Source: Candidatus Zixiibacteriota bacterium
GTDB lineage: Bacteria; Zixibacteria; MSB-5A5; GN15; FEB-12
Length of the DNA: 45,073 bases
Reading direction: 5' to 3'
Assembly (NCBI GenBank): GCA_046754125.1
Contig: JBHHVC010000001.1
Coordinates: 1-45,073, forward strand
The notes below the pieces were generated by a model. The model searched no databases and was not told the DNA's origin. It saw nothing but the letters and a program-made list of their open reading frames with translations. Of the stretch, positions 1 to 9,961 are shown one piece after another; the first letter of the stretch is position 1, and each line of letters starts with the position of its first letter. The position numbers were made by a program, and so were the translations under genes.

Positions 1-93
1 GCCGGTTGGGTAATTGTGTTGCCCGTACCGGAAACGGCGATGACGACGGCTGCGATTGCCCAAACCGGGTCTTGAGTATGATAGGATGAGGCG

Positions 94-1302
94 ATGCTGG
101 TCGAAGAGGATTTACGAGTGCGTGTTGAACGATGGCAGGTTGCTCCCCATGTAGTCGACCTCGAGACATCTATCATTCGGGAGATACTGAAGATATCTTC
201 TCAACCCGGCGTCATTTCCTTTGCCGGAGGACTTCCGGCACCCGAGTTGTTTCCATTGGACGAACTTAAAGTGATTGCTGTCCGTGTGCTCGATACCTAT
301 ATGTCGGATAGTCTCCAGTATTCCCTTTCACGAGGAATTACCCCTCTACGCGAATCAATTGCAACTCTGGCCAGTACCAGAGGCACGCCGACTTCTATCG
401 ACAACATACTGATAACCTGCGGCGCTCAGCAGGCAATCGAACTGGTCGCCCGTGCATTCATCGACCGAGGCGACTACATCCTGACCGAGTATCCAACATA
501 TGTCGGTGCCCTTCAGGCGTTCAACTACTACCAGGCGCGTTACGTAGCTGTCGAGATGGATAATGAAGGAATGATCGTCGATCAGGTCGAAGAAAAGCTG
601 CGGAAGTTCAGGCCGAAACTGATCTACACCGTTTCCAACTTCCAGAATCCTACTGGAATCACCATGTCTGAAGAGCGCCGCCGCCAATTGGTGGCAATTG
701 CCGCTCGATTTGATATCCCGATTGTCGACGATAATCCGTATGGTGACATACGCTTCGAGGGCGAACGGGTTCCCACCTTGAAGTCTTTGGGCGGGGACCA
801 GGTTATTGCAATTCGCACATTCTCCAAGGTATTGGCCCCCGGATTACGTGTCGGCTGGATGAACGGGCCGGTAGAGGTAATGCCCCAGTTTGAAAAGGTG
901 AAGCAATGCACAGACCTGCATACCAATACTTTTGCGCAGTATCTCATTTATGAATGGCTCAAGGATGGCAATCTAGATCCACACGTTGCTCGGCTGGCGG
1001 CAGACTATGGCGCAAAACGTGATCTGATGCTTGACTGTCTGGAAGAGCACTTCCCGCAGGAGGCTACTTGGACTCGGCCGGAGGGCGGTCTGTTTATCTG
1101 GATCGAGCTGCCAAAACACATTTCCGCCAAAGCACTCCTGCCACAGGCTGTGGAACGGAAAGTGGCCTATGTTTACGGTCAGCCGTTTTTCCCAGATGGT
1201 CAGGGGCTTAACTGCATGCGGCTGAACTTCTCCAATGCTTCACATGACGACGTCCGCACCGGTATAGCCCGGCTGGGCGAACTACTTAAAGAACAGATAT
1301 AG
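94..1302 (+). CDS. PLP-dependent aminotransferase, class I/II fold (ARO8/LysN/MocR-C-domain-like); probable aromatic or 2-aminoadipate aminotransferase
   Basis: 402-aa ORF. Carries the ISFAGGLPAPELFP motif and the TFSKVLAPGLRVGW PLP-lysine motif typical of this subfamily. SD-like AGGATGAGG lies just upstream of the ATG. First gene of the aromatic block. Confidence 0.85.
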   Translation: MLVEEDLRVRVERWQVAPHVVDLETSIIREILKISSQPGVISFAGGLPAPELFPLDELKVIAVRVLDTYMSDSLQYSLSRGITPLRESIATLASTRGTPTSIDNILITCGAQQAIELVARAFIDRGDYILTEYPTYVGALQAFNYYQARYVAVEMDNEGMIVDQVEEKLRKFRPKLIYTVSNFQNPTGITMSEERRRQLVAIAARFDIPIVDDNPYGDIRFEGERVPTLKSLGGDQVIAIRTFSKVLAPGLRVGWMNGPVEVMPQFEKVKQCTDLHTNTFAQYLIYEWLKDGNLDPHVARLAADYGAKRDLMLDCLEEHFPQEATWTRPEGGLFIWIELPKHISAKALLPQAVERKVAYVYGQPFFPDGQGLNCMRLNFSNASHDDVRTGIARLGELLKEQI

Positions 1303-1366
1303 CCCTTTCAGTGGCAGTACCCCTTTTTGCTTGCCGCAGCACTACTTTGGCGCGTATTCTCAGGCG

Positions 1367-2209
1367 ATGAACTTTTCCTTTGCCAAGTACCACGCCTTAC
1401 GTAATGATTTTATGGTAGTCGATGCCGGAAATAGAAGATTACCCAGACCCGCTCTATCCCGGCTGGCTATCGCGACTTGTGATCGTCGAGCGGGCATTGG
1501 TGCTGACGGACTACTCTATCTGTCATCGAGCAACAGAGCCGACCGCAAAATAGATGTCTTCAACGCTGACGGGAGCTGGGCCGAGAAATCTGGTAACGGC
1601 CTTCGTATAGGCGGAGTGCACTTGAAGCTGTCCGGACATAGGAAAAGAGTTGTCACTTTAGAATCAGCGGGCGCCATACACGATGTGAGAATTGACAGGC
1701 GCGTTGGCAATGCCTTCTCGGTGACAACCGACCTCGGCCCTCCAGTATTCGAGACTTCAGCGATTCCGGTCAAATCACGACATCGCTTTATGATCCACGG
1801 GCTGCTGAAGATAGGCGGCACAGAATTACCAATTACCTGTCTGTCGGTCGGTAACCCCCACGCGGTGCTGTTCGTAGACAGTTTCGACTTTGACTGGCGC
1901 ACTCTGGGTCACGACATCGAACACCACCCTTTCTTCACCGATCGTACCAACGTGGAATTTGTCAAGGTCATCAACAGTCGTCGGCTCAAAGTCGTTGACT
2001 GGGAGCGCGGGGTTGGTCCTACGCCATCTTCCGGTACCGGGGCCGCCGCCGCCTTAAGTGCCGCAGTGATGATGGGAATGGTCAAGCGTCGCTGCCGAGT
2101 AGTCTTTAACAGTGGAACAATCGAAGTCGAATGGGACGACGCGACAAATCGTATCAGCATCTGTGGACCGGTAGAGTTCATATGCAAGGGAGAGTTCCGG
2201 TGCCAGTGA
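1367..2209 (+). CDS. Diaminopimelate epimerase (DapF) family protein; atypical, with both catalytic Cys positions occupied by Ser
   Basis: DapF motifs present: HALRNDFMVVD, FNADGS, SGNGLR, VGNPHAV, WERGVGPT, SGTGAAAA. Start set to ATG 1367 (MNFSFAKYHALRNDF), which matches the usual DapF N-terminus, rather than TTG 1331 from the ORF track. Ser at 1589-1591 (TCT) and 2030-2032 (TCC) align with E. coli Cys73 and Cys217. Confidence 0.8.
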   Translation: MNFSFAKYHALRNDFMVVDAGNRRLPRPALSRLAIATCDRRAGIGADGLLYLSSSNRADRKIDVFNADGSWAEKSGNGLRIGGVHLKLSGHRKRVVTLESAGAIHDVRIDRRVGNAFSVTTDLGPPVFETSAIPVKSRHRFMIHGLLKIGGTELPITCLSVGNPHAVLFVDSFDFDWRTLGHDIEHHPFFTDRTNVEFVKVINSRRLKVVDWERGVGPTPSSGTGAAAALSAAVMMGMVKRRCRVVFNSGTIEVEWDDATNRISICGPVEFICKGEFRCQ

Positions 2210-3666
2210 CATCGTTCAACGAAGTAAAAAGACTCAATCAATCGGGCAATATCATACCATTGCATGAGCGGATCCCGGCCGACCTCGATACGCCCGTCGC
2301 TGCATACATGAAACTGGCCTCGCGATGCCGGGAATCATTCCTTCTGGAGTCGATTGAGGGAGGTGAGAAGCTGGCCAGGTACTCATTCATCGGCTTCAAT
2401 CCGTTCTTGGTTGTGGAAGGAAAGGCAGGTCAGGTCACATTGATTCAGGGACGCCGCCGCCAAGCCATCGAAGCTCACCCCCATGAATTCATGCGTGAAC
2501 TGTTCAGGCAATATCGACCGGTTCGTATTCCCGGACTTCCCAGGTTTACAGGCGGGGCCGTCGGATATTTTGGCTACGACACTATCCGTTGGGTTGAGCG
2601 TCTTCCGGACAACAATCCCGACGACATTGGCTTGCCCGAGATGCGATTCGCCTTATACAATCACGTTGTGGCCTTCGATCACCTGAAACAGGAGATCGTT
2701 ATCATTTCCAACATCCTGCACGACAGGGGAACGCCCGGCTTGCGAGCCAAATTCGACCGGGCAAAATCGCTGATCGAGACTATCGTCAACAAGCTGGCCC
2801 GAGGGCGCGTCGACCGAAAGGTCCAACGACCCGGTCGCGTCCGAGTTGTGCCTCACTATACTAAGGCTGAGTTCGAAAAGATGGTCCGGCGCGCCAAGTG
2901 GCATATCAAGGAGGGGAACGTTTTCCAGGTGGTGCTTTCCCAGCGGTGGCATGTCGATTCGGATCAGTCTGCTCTAAGTGTCTACCGTCGCCTGCGACGA
3001 ATAAATCCGTCGCCCTACATGTTTCTTCTCACATCCGGCAAAAACGCTGTGGTAGGCGCATCACCTGAGATGACCGTTCGGATAGAGCAGAATCGTATCG
3101 AGACCAGGCCTATCGCCGGTACCCGCCCGCGGGGGGGCAACGAGGCAGAGGATATTCGTCTTAGCAACGATCTTCTTTCCGATGAAAAAGAAATCGCCGA
3201 ACATACAATGCTGCTGGACCTCGGTCGAAACGACATCGGACGCGTGGCTGAACCGGGATCGGTACGTGTTGTCGACAATATGAAAATTGAAAAGTACTCG
3301 CATGTCATCCACATAGTGAGCTCAGTTGAGGGGCGGCTCAAGCGACGGACGGCCCCCATTGATGCCCATTTTGCCTGCTTTCCCGCCGGAACCGTTTCCG
3401 GTGCTCCCAAGATTCGAGCTATGCAGTTAATAGACGATCTGGAGAAAGAGCGGCGCGGAATCTACGCCGGGTCGATTGCCTACCTGGACTTCTGGGGGAA
3501 CCTTGATTCCTGCATAGCCATTCGAACTGTGGTGAAGCGCGGCAGAAGATACTATGTGCAGGCGGGCGCCGGTATTGTCGCCGATTCTAAACCTGCTCGA
3601 GAGTTTCGCGAGACCGAAGCCAAAGCGCACGCGCTTATGGAAGCGATAACCGGAGATTCAGCATAA
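2182..3666 (+). CDS. trpE: Anthranilate synthase component I
   Basis: Strong TrpE signature: DLDTPVAAYMKL, SPEMTVRIE, GTRPRG, LLDLGRNDIGRV, FPAGTVSGAPKIRAM, RGIYAGSIAYLDF. The ORF-track start at 2131 lies inside the dapF-like gene. Plausible starts are ATG 2182, GTG 2200 (GGGAGAG SD 5 nt upstream) or GTG 2206 (GTGA overlap with the upstream stop). Confidence 0.95.
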   Translation: MQGRVPVPVTSFNEVKRLNQSGNIIPLHERIPADLDTPVAAYMKLASRCRESFLLESIEGGEKLARYSFIGFNPFLVVEGKAGQVTLIQGRRRQAIEAHPHEFMRELFRQYRPVRIPGLPRFTGGAVGYFGYDTIRWVERLPDNNPDDIGLPEMRFALYNHVVAFDHLKQEIVIISNILHDRGTPGLRAKFDRAKSLIETIVNKLARGRVDRKVQRPGRVRVVPHYTKAEFEKMVRRAKWHIKEGNVFQVVLSQRWHVDSDQSALSVYRRLRRINPSPYMFLLTSGKNAVVGASPEMTVRIEQNRIETRPIAGTRPRGGNEAEDIRLSNDLLSDEKEIAEHTMLLDLGRNDIGRVAEPGSVRVVDNMKIEKYSHVIHIVSSVEGRLKRRTAPIDAHFACFPAGTVSGAPKIRAMQLIDDLEKERRGIYAGSIAYLDFWGNLDSCIAIRTVVKRGRRYYVQAGAGIVADSKPAREFRETEAKAHALMEAITGDSA

Positions 3667-4235
3667 TGATTCTCGTTCTGGACAATTACGATTCATTTAC
3701 CTACAATCTGGTGCAATACCTCGGTGAATTGGGGGCGGACGTTGCGGTCTGCCGTAATGACTCCCTGACCGTTGCTCAGGCTCTGAACATGGGTGCTGAT
3801 GGCCTGCTGCTCTCACCGGGGCCGGGCCGTCCGGACAAGGCGGGCATAATGAACGACCTGATTGCCGCAGCCATTGGCAAGCTGCCGATACTAGGGGTCT
3901 GCCTTGGTCATCAGGGAATCGCCGAAGTGCTTGGAGGCAGCATAACTTATGCGCAAACAATAATGCACGGCAAGACGTCGGAGATCAATCACGACGGCTC
4001 GACGCTCTTTCATAATATCACGTCGCCGTTTGTTGCAACTCGCTACCACTCGCTCGTCATAGATAGATCAAGTCTACCCGAGGAATTGGCGACGACGGCA
4101 TGGACCGAGGATGGCACAATTATGGGCATCCAGCATCGTGAATTACCCGTATATGGGCTGCAATTCCATCCCGAGTCAATTATGACTGCTGAAGGGAAGA
4201 GAATACTTGCGAACTTTCTTGGAGTGTTGACATGA
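3666..4235 (+). CDS. trpG: Anthranilate synthase component II (glutamine amidotransferase)
   Basis: 189 aa. MILVLDNYDSFTYNLVQYL, GVCLGHQ catalytic Cys motif, LQFHPES. TAATG overlap with the trpE stop. Confidence 0.95.
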   Translation: MILVLDNYDSFTYNLVQYLGELGADVAVCRNDSLTVAQALNMGADGLLLSPGPGRPDKAGIMNDLIAAAIGKLPILGVCLGHQGIAEVLGGSITYAQTIMHGKTSEINHDGSTLFHNITSPFVATRYHSLVIDRSSLPEELATTAWTEDGTIMGIQHRELPVYGLQFHPESIMTAEGKRILANFLGVLT

Positions 4236-5245
4236 TTCGAAAGGTATTAGAAAGCGTTTTGGCGGGCGAGCATCTCAGCGTTACCACCGCACATGCCGTA
4301 ATGAACTTCATAATGAACGGTGAGGCGACACCAGCGCAGATTGCTGCCTTCACTGTAGGGATGCGGATGAAAGGAGAGACCGTGATTGAAATCGCAGGCT
4401 TTGTGCGAGCCATGCGCGATCACATGGTCACCATATCAGTCGATGACCCCAACACCGTCGACGGATGCGGCACCGGTGGCGACGGTGCACATACTCTGAA
4501 CATCTCGACCGCCGCAGCAATCGTTGCTTCTGCTGCTGGCTGTACAGTGGCCAAACATGGCAACCGATCGGTCAGTTCAAAATGCGGATCGGCCGATTTG
4601 CTCGAGGCCTGTGGAGCCAATATCGACTCCGGCGTAGAAAGCGTTGAAAAGGTAATCAACCAGACCGGCTTCGGGTTCATGTTCGCACCACGCTTCCATC
4701 CCGCCATGAAATATGCTGCCGGTCCACGCAGGGAACTCGGTATACGGACGTTCTTCAACGTGCTGGGCCCCATGACCAATCCGGCCGGTGTGAAACGGCA
4801 GGTCATAGGTGTCTATGATCCACTGCTGATGGAACTGATGTCCGAGGTGTTACGCATGACCGGTTCAGAACATGTAATCGTTGCCCATTCACAAGACGGA
4901 CTCGACGAGTTCTCAGTATCAGGCCGTACTGACTATGTAGAGCTTAAGGATGGAAAACTACAGCGCGACAGCATTTCTGCCTGCGATGTCGGTCTGGCCG
5001 AGCATCCCCTCACAGAACTAATTGGAGGTGAGGCAGCCGAGAATCATAGACGTCTTCACACTCTGCTTGATGGCGAAACGGGCGCCTATCGTGATTGCGT
5101 CATCCTTAACGCGGCAGCCATGATCTACGTTGCAGGCAAGGCCGCATCTATAGCGGACGGCGTAGCTAAAGCGTCCGAGGCAATAGATTCCGGTGCGGGC
5201 AAGGATAAACTCGCGCATTGGATAGCGGCAACGTTACGCTCATAA
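4232..5245 (+). CDS. trpD: Anthranilate phosphoribosyltransferase
   Basis: 337 aa. GCGTGGDG, NISTAAA, KHGNRSVSSKCGSAD, and FFNVLGPMTNPA motifs. ATGA overlap with the trpG stop. Confidence 0.95.
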   Translation: MIRKVLESVLAGEHLSVTTAHAVMNFIMNGEATPAQIAAFTVGMRMKGETVIEIAGFVRAMRDHMVTISVDDPNTVDGCGTGGDGAHTLNISTAAAIVASAAGCTVAKHGNRSVSSKCGSADLLEACGANIDSGVESVEKVINQTGFGFMFAPRFHPAMKYAAGPRRELGIRTFFNVLGPMTNPAGVKRQVIGVYDPLLMELMSEVLRMTGSEHVIVAHSQDGLDEFSVSGRTDYVELKDGKLQRDSISACDVGLAEHPLTELIGGEAAENHRRLHTLLDGETGAYRDCVILNAAAMIYVAGKAASIADGVAKASEAIDSGAGKDKLAHWIAATLRS

Positions 5246-6570
5246 TGACTCTGCCCGAATCGACCTTGTCAGCGGCAACGGTTCAGACTCGCATACGAAA
5301 ACGCATTGTCTCCGCAATAGTCAATTATCTATCAAGCCTGCGTCAGTTCTCCCGCAATGCGAGGCTGTATCTGCTAGGCTCTTTCTTGATGGGAGTAAAC
5401 TTTCACACCTTTCAATTACTGCTCAATCTGTATCTCAAGGAGACCGGCCTTGCGGAAGGAGCGATCGGAAGTGTGATTTCGTCTCGTGCGGTCGGAATGA
5501 CTCTAATGGCTCTACCTGCAGCAATTGTCTTCAGTCGCACGCGCCTGAAGCCAGCTCTCGTGGTAGTATCACTCCTATTTGCATTATTCTCCCTCGGCCT
5601 AATCGCAGCCGATTCAGTGAATATGCTCCGACTGGCATCGGCCCTTACCGGAGGCGCTTTCGCATTCTTGTTCGTGGCATCCGGGCCGTTTTTCATGCGT
5701 AACTCTTCGAAAGTAGAGCGCACTCACCTGTTTGCGGCATCGTTTGGCGTTATGATACTCGCCGGTATGATCGGCTCGCTCGGCGCTGGAAACATGGTCG
5801 ATATGCTGGGCCGAATCGCCGGCAATGCGGCCGACGGCTATCGTTATACTATGGCAGGAGCTATTGGTCTGGGCCTGTTGTCCATAATTCCCTTTTCCCT
5901 GATAAAATCTTCGCGTCCCTCCAAAGAAGAATCGACAATCAGTCTCTCGCTGAAACAATTCCGCAGCCGTTGGCGCCACTATTTTCGCTTCAGCTTTGCG
6001 AACTTTCTGCTGGGAATGGGCGCAGGGTTGATAATCCCGTTTCTGAATCTCTATTTCAAGGATCGCTTCCACCAGTCGCCTTCGGAGATAGGCAGCTTCT
6101 ACTTTGCTGTCCAGTTCTCAATGCTGGCCGGCGCGATGGCCGGTCCTGTTCTGGCCGGACGTATGGGGCTGGTCCGCACAATAGTCTTTACCCAGCTTGC
6201 CTCAATCCCATTCATGCTTACCCTTTCGCACAGCTATATTCTCTGGCTTGCTGCTATAGCATTTGTTGTCCGTGGCGGCCTGATGAATCTGGGCGTGCCG
6301 ATTGTAACTAACTTTGCCATGGAAATGTCCGAAAAGCAGGAACAGGGGCTGATGAACGCCCTTCTAAAGATTTCCTGGACATCAGCCTGGATGATCTCTG
6401 CTGCCGTTGGCGGTCTGTGCATAGAGGCTTATGGCTATACGACAACGATGGATATTGCGGTTTTGCTTTACCTCGCCTCATCTGCAGTGTTCTTTGTGTT
6501 CTTCCGACAATCCGAAACAAAGGGAGATGGCGGCAGCGGTTGGACAATGATTCGACAGAACACGGTCTAA
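5245..6570 (+). CDS. MFS-type transporter (about 12 predicted TM segments), substrate unknown, embedded in the trp operon
   Basis: Hydrophobic ORF with repeated TM-like stretches and a central charged loop (KSSRPSKEES...RSRWRHY), typical of MFS 6+6 topology. Start taken at ATG 5245 (TAATG overlap with the trpD stop). Its stop overlaps the trpC ATG (TAATG at 6568-6572). Confidence 0.8.
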   Translation: MTLPESTLSAATVQTRIRKRIVSAIVNYLSSLRQFSRNARLYLLGSFLMGVNFHTFQLLLNLYLKETGLAEGAIGSVISSRAVGMTLMALPAAIVFSRTRLKPALVVVSLLFALFSLGLIAADSVNMLRLASALTGGAFAFLFVASGPFFMRNSSKVERTHLFAASFGVMILAGMIGSLGAGNMVDMLGRIAGNAADGYRYTMAGAIGLGLLSIIPFSLIKSSRPSKEESTISLSLKQFRSRWRHYFRFSFANFLLGMGAGLIIPFLNLYFKDRFHQSPSEIGSFYFAVQFSMLAGAMAGPVLAGRMGLVRTIVFTQLASIPFMLTLSHSYILWLAAIAFVVRGGLMNLGVPIVTNFAMEMSEKQEQGLMNALLKISWTSAWMISAAVGGLCIEAYGYTTTMDIAVLLYLASSAVFFVFFRQSETKGDGGSGWTMIRQNTV

Positions 6571-7346
6571 TGGATATCCTTAACGAGATAGTCAAAAAAA
6601 AACGCGAGGAAGTAAAGCTTCTCAAGAAAGAGCTGCCCCTGTCGCTTTTGCTGGAGCAAAGCAGCGATAGTCCCCAGCGTGGATTTCTCCGCGCTCTCTC
6701 GCAACCAGATGCTGTCAACATCATTGCCGAGATCAAGAAAGGTTCTCCCTCGCGGGGAATTATGATCGACAAATTCGATCCTCAAACGCTTGCGTGGCAA
6801 TACCAATCAGGCGGAGCCTGTTGTTTGTCTGTCCTGACCGACCAGAAGTACTTTTTCGGCCATGCCGACAACATTCGGCTGGCCAAAGAGAAAACCAGCC
6901 TCCCGGCTTTGTGCAAGGACTTCTTGCTTGAGCCGTATCAATTGCACTATGCCCATTACATTCAGGCAGATGCCGTCTTGCTCATAGCGCGACTGCACTC
7001 ACCGGGTAGTCTGGCCGAGATGTTGGCTACTGCCGATGACCTCGGTATGGACTCGCTGGTGGAAATACACGATGAATCAGAACTCGAACTGGCCATCGAA
7101 GCTGGCGCGACCATCATCGGGGTCAACAATCGCAACTTGAAAGACTTCACAGTGTCATTGGCAACAGCCGAACGGTTAGCCAAATCCATCCCGGAAAACG
7201 TTGTAAGAGTGGCCGAATCGGGAATCTTCACAAGGTCAGATATCGAACGGCTACAGCGGGCCGGATTCAACTGCTTTCTAATCGGCGAGGCGTTAGTGCG
7301 CTCCGCCGATCCGGTGGCTCTACTTAAGGAACTGCGTGGCGCATGA
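6570..7346 (+). CDS. trpC: Indole-3-glycerol phosphate synthase
   Basis: MDILNEIVKKKREEV N-terminus, IIAEIKKGSPSRG, LSVLTDQKYFFG, LCKDFLL, VEIHDE, IGVNNRNLKDF and SESGI motifs. Start ATG 6570, not the ORF-track 6417, which lies inside the MFS gene. Confidence 0.95.
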   Translation: MDILNEIVKKKREEVKLLKKELPLSLLLEQSSDSPQRGFLRALSQPDAVNIIAEIKKGSPSRGIMIDKFDPQTLAWQYQSGGACCLSVLTDQKYFFGHADNIRLAKEKTSLPALCKDFLLEPYQLHYAHYIQADAVLLIARLHSPGSLAEMLATADDLGMDSLVEIHDESELELAIEAGATIIGVNNRNLKDFTVSLATAERLAKSIPENVVRVAESGIFTRSDIERLQRAGFNCFLIGEALVRSADPVALLKELRGA

Positions 7347-7978
7347 GTGTTTTACGCATCAAAATCTGCGGGATAACCCGGCCCCGGGATGCTCGGTTGG
7401 CAGAACGACTCGGTGCGGATATGATCGGTCTTATATTTGCTCCCAAGTCCCCGCGTCGTGTTACCTTTTCTCGGGCGAGCGAGATCGTCCGCGACCTGTC
7501 GCCATTGCTGGCGCGAGTCGGAGTTTTTGTCGACGAAGAGCCTGACCGAATGATCGCAGCGGCAGATAGGTTTGGACTCGACTACATACAACTGCACGGC
7601 AGCGAGTCGGCCGTTGTCATCCGAACGCTTCAACGTCGCCGACTCAAGGTCATCAAGGCCTTCCAAATGCACAAGATCGGGGACGATTTGCCTTTGCGCA
7701 GGAGTCGGGCGGACATGGTCCTGCTCGATAATATCTCAGCCACACAACGAGGCGGCACCGGCCAAACGTTCGACTGGTCACTCGCCCCAAAAAAGACGAT
7801 TCCCAACCTTGTGTTGTCAGGAGGGCTTACTGCCGACAATCTCAGCGAGGGAGTGAAACGGTTCGCTCCGGCAATGGTCGATATCAATTCAGGGGTGGAG
7901 AGTTCTCCGGGGATAAAGTCCCCGTCAAAACTGAAGGCGTTGTTTGAGCGGTACAGGAAGATTCAGGATGCCAGCTAA
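7343..7978 (+). CDS. trpF: Phosphoribosylanthranilate isomerase
   Basis: 211 aa. [27 protein letters not shown] and DINSGVE motifs. ATGA overlap with trpC. Confidence 0.9.
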   Translation: MSVLRIKICGITRPRDARLAERLGADMIGLIFAPKSPRRVTFSRASEIVRDLSPLLARVGVFVDEEPDRMIAAADRFGLDYIQLHGSESAVVIRTLQRRRLKVIKAFQMHKIGDDLPLRRSRADMVLLDNISATQRGGTGQTFDWSLAPKKTIPNLVLSGGLTADNLSEGVKRFAPAMVDINSGVESSPGIKSPSKLKALFERYRKIQDAS

Positions 7979-9173
7979 ACATAAAACATGGCCGGATCGG
8001 CGGGGACGATTCGGAGATTATGGCGGACGATACGTCCCTGAAACTGTTATGCACGCCCTGTCCGAGTTGGACGAGTGCTACCGTCGTATAAAACGTGATC
8101 GCACATTCCGACAGGAATTCGGCCAGTTCCTCCGCGACTACGTTGGCCGACCGACACCGCTCTATTTTGCCGAACGTCTCACCGAAAAACTCGGCGGCCC
8201 CCGTATCTTCTTCAAAAGAGAGGACCTCAACCATACCGGCGCGCACAAGATCAACAATACTGTCGGCCAGATTCTATTGGCCCGAAAGATGGGCAAAAAG
8301 CGTATCATAGCCGAAACCGGCGCGGGGCAGCACGGCCTGGCCACTGCCACTGTTTGCGCTCGATTTGGCCTGCCATGTATCATCTATATGGGAGCTGAGG
8401 ATATAGAACGACAAGCCCCCAATGTTGAAAAAATGAAACTACTTGGGGCCGAAATCCTCCCGGTCACATCCGGTTCACAAACGCTTAAAGATGCAACTTC
8501 CGAAGCCTTGCGCGACTGGGTGACAAACGTACGCACGACATTCTATATCATCGGATCGGTGGTCGGTCCCCATCCCTACCCAATGATCGTTCGCGATTTT
8601 CAATCGATTATCGGAAGAGAAACCCGCCGACAATCCAAACAGAAGCTCGGTCGCTCCCCGGACGCCATCATCGCCTGTGTAGGCGGAGGCTCAAACGCTA
8701 TCGGCATATTTCATCCGTTTATAGGCGACAAGGACGTGAAGCTGATTGGCGTCGAGGCTGCCGGGTTGGGGCTGAACAGCCCACACCATGCCGCCACTCT
8801 GGCGCGCGGCAAGCCCGGAGTGCTGCACGGCTCCTACAGTTACTTGATTTACGACGCCGACGGTCAGATTGTATTGCCGCATTCCATTTCAGCAGGCCTT
8901 GATTATCCGGGAATAGGACCGCAACACTCGCAACTGAAAGATACCGGGCGTGTCGAGTATGTCAGCGCCACCGACAAGCAAGCCGTCTCAGCATTCAAGC
9001 TAGTTTCCCGCCTCGAGGGGATCGTACCCGCCCTGGAATCGTCGCACGCCCTGGCCTACCTGATCACTCAGCGAAAACGGTTCGCCCGTACAAAAAATGT
9101 GGTCGTCTGCCTTTCAGGACGGGGAGACAAGGACATGAAGATTATCTCTGACTGGGACAAAAAGCCGGCATGA
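7968..9173 (+). CDS. trpB: Tryptophan synthase beta chain
   Basis: [28 protein letters not shown] (PLP lysine), ETGAGQHG and GGGSNAIG motifs. Start ATG 7968, with AGGAAG SD 7 nt upstream. Confidence 0.97.
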   Translation: MPAKHKTWPDRRGRFGDYGGRYVPETVMHALSELDECYRRIKRDRTFRQEFGQFLRDYVGRPTPLYFAERLTEKLGGPRIFFKREDLNHTGAHKINNTVGQILLARKMGKKRIIAETGAGQHGLATATVCARFGLPCIIYMGAEDIERQAPNVEKMKLLGAEILPVTSGSQTLKDATSEALRDWVTNVRTTFYIIGSVVGPHPYPMIVRDFQSIIGRETRRQSKQKLGRSPDAIIACVGGGSNAIGIFHPFIGDKDVKLIGVEAAGLGLNSPHHAATLARGKPGVLHGSYSYLIYDADGQIVLPHSISAGLDYPGIGPQHSQLKDTGRVEYVSATDKQAVSAFKLVSRLEGIVPALESSHALAYLITQRKRFARTKNVVVCLSGRGDKDMKIISDWDKKPA

Positions 9174-9961
9174 ACCGAATCGGTCAAACACTCTCTCTTC
9201 AGGCTACAGGGCATAAACTACTGGTGCCGTTTCTTACCGTCGGGTATCCGACAGTTGCTGCTTCACTTGATCTGGTGAAAGCTGCGGTCGATGCGGGCTC
9301 GGACTTTGTCGAGCTTGGCATGCCCTTTTCCGATCCGCTCGCCGACGGCCCCGAGATACAGCATTCTTCACAAGTGGCCCTCGGCAACGGTGTCCGGCTC
9401 CGCTCCATACTGCGCGAAACTGTTCCGTCGTTGCGGCAAAGCACCGACATTCCACTTATTCTGATGGGCTACTATAACCCACTTCTGTCGATGGGCGTTG
9501 AGTCGTTCATTCAGAGTGCTTATGACTGCGGAGTGGACGGATTGATTATACCTGACCTTCCATGCGATGAAGCTCTGACATTCACTCACTTGGCTCGCAT
9601 GGCGGATATCTCCACCGTTTTTCTTGTAGCGCCGACTTCCTCTCATGACCGAATTATGGCCATCGACCAGGCCAGTTCAGATTTTGTCTATGCTGTCACA
9701 GTGACGGGTGTAACCGGAGCCGGAAGGAAGTTCTCGAACGAGACTATTCAGTACCTGAGACAGCTTCGGTCATCTCTGAGCAAACCGTTTGTGGCCGGTT
9801 TTGGTGTGTCGTCAGCGTCGGATGCTCGCCGCCTGGCTCGCCACAGCGACGGAGTAGTCATAGGGTCGGCACTGATTCGCATTATTCGGTCCGCTCGTAC
9901 CAATAAATCAGCAGTGTCGCAAGTGTACCGCTTTCTGTCGAGTGTGCGAGAGGCAATCTGA
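9170..9961 (+). CDS. trpA: Tryptophan synthase alpha chain
   Basis: 263 aa. [32 protein letters not shown] and GFGVSS motifs. ATGA overlap with trpB. Confidence 0.95.
   Translation: MNRIGQTLSLQATGHKLLVPFLTVGYPTVAASLDLVKAAVDAGSDFVELGMPFSDPLADGPEIQHSSQVALGNGVRLRSILRETVPSLRQSTDIPLILMGYYNPLLSMGVESFIQSAYDCGVDGLIIPDLPCDEALTFTHLARMADISTVFLVAPTSSHDRIMAIDQASSDFVYAVTVTGVTGAGRKFSNETIQYLRQLRSSLSKPFVAGFGVSSASDARRLARHSDGVVIGSALIRIIRSARTNKSAVSQVYRFLSSVREAI

Noticed and set aside
1-75. Possible 3' end of an upstream plus-strand gene (frame 1 open from the window start to TGA 73-75, ...GWVIVLPVPETAMTTAAIAQTGS)
   Set aside because: Only 24 codons are visible and no motif is recognisable, so this is too little to call.
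1303-2206. Search for a trp leader peptide, attenuator or T-box upstream of trpE
   Set aside because: trpE is directly overlapped by the dapF-like gene, and the 64-bp gap at 1303-1366 contains no Trp-codon mini-ORF or alternative hairpins. No attenuator is supported.
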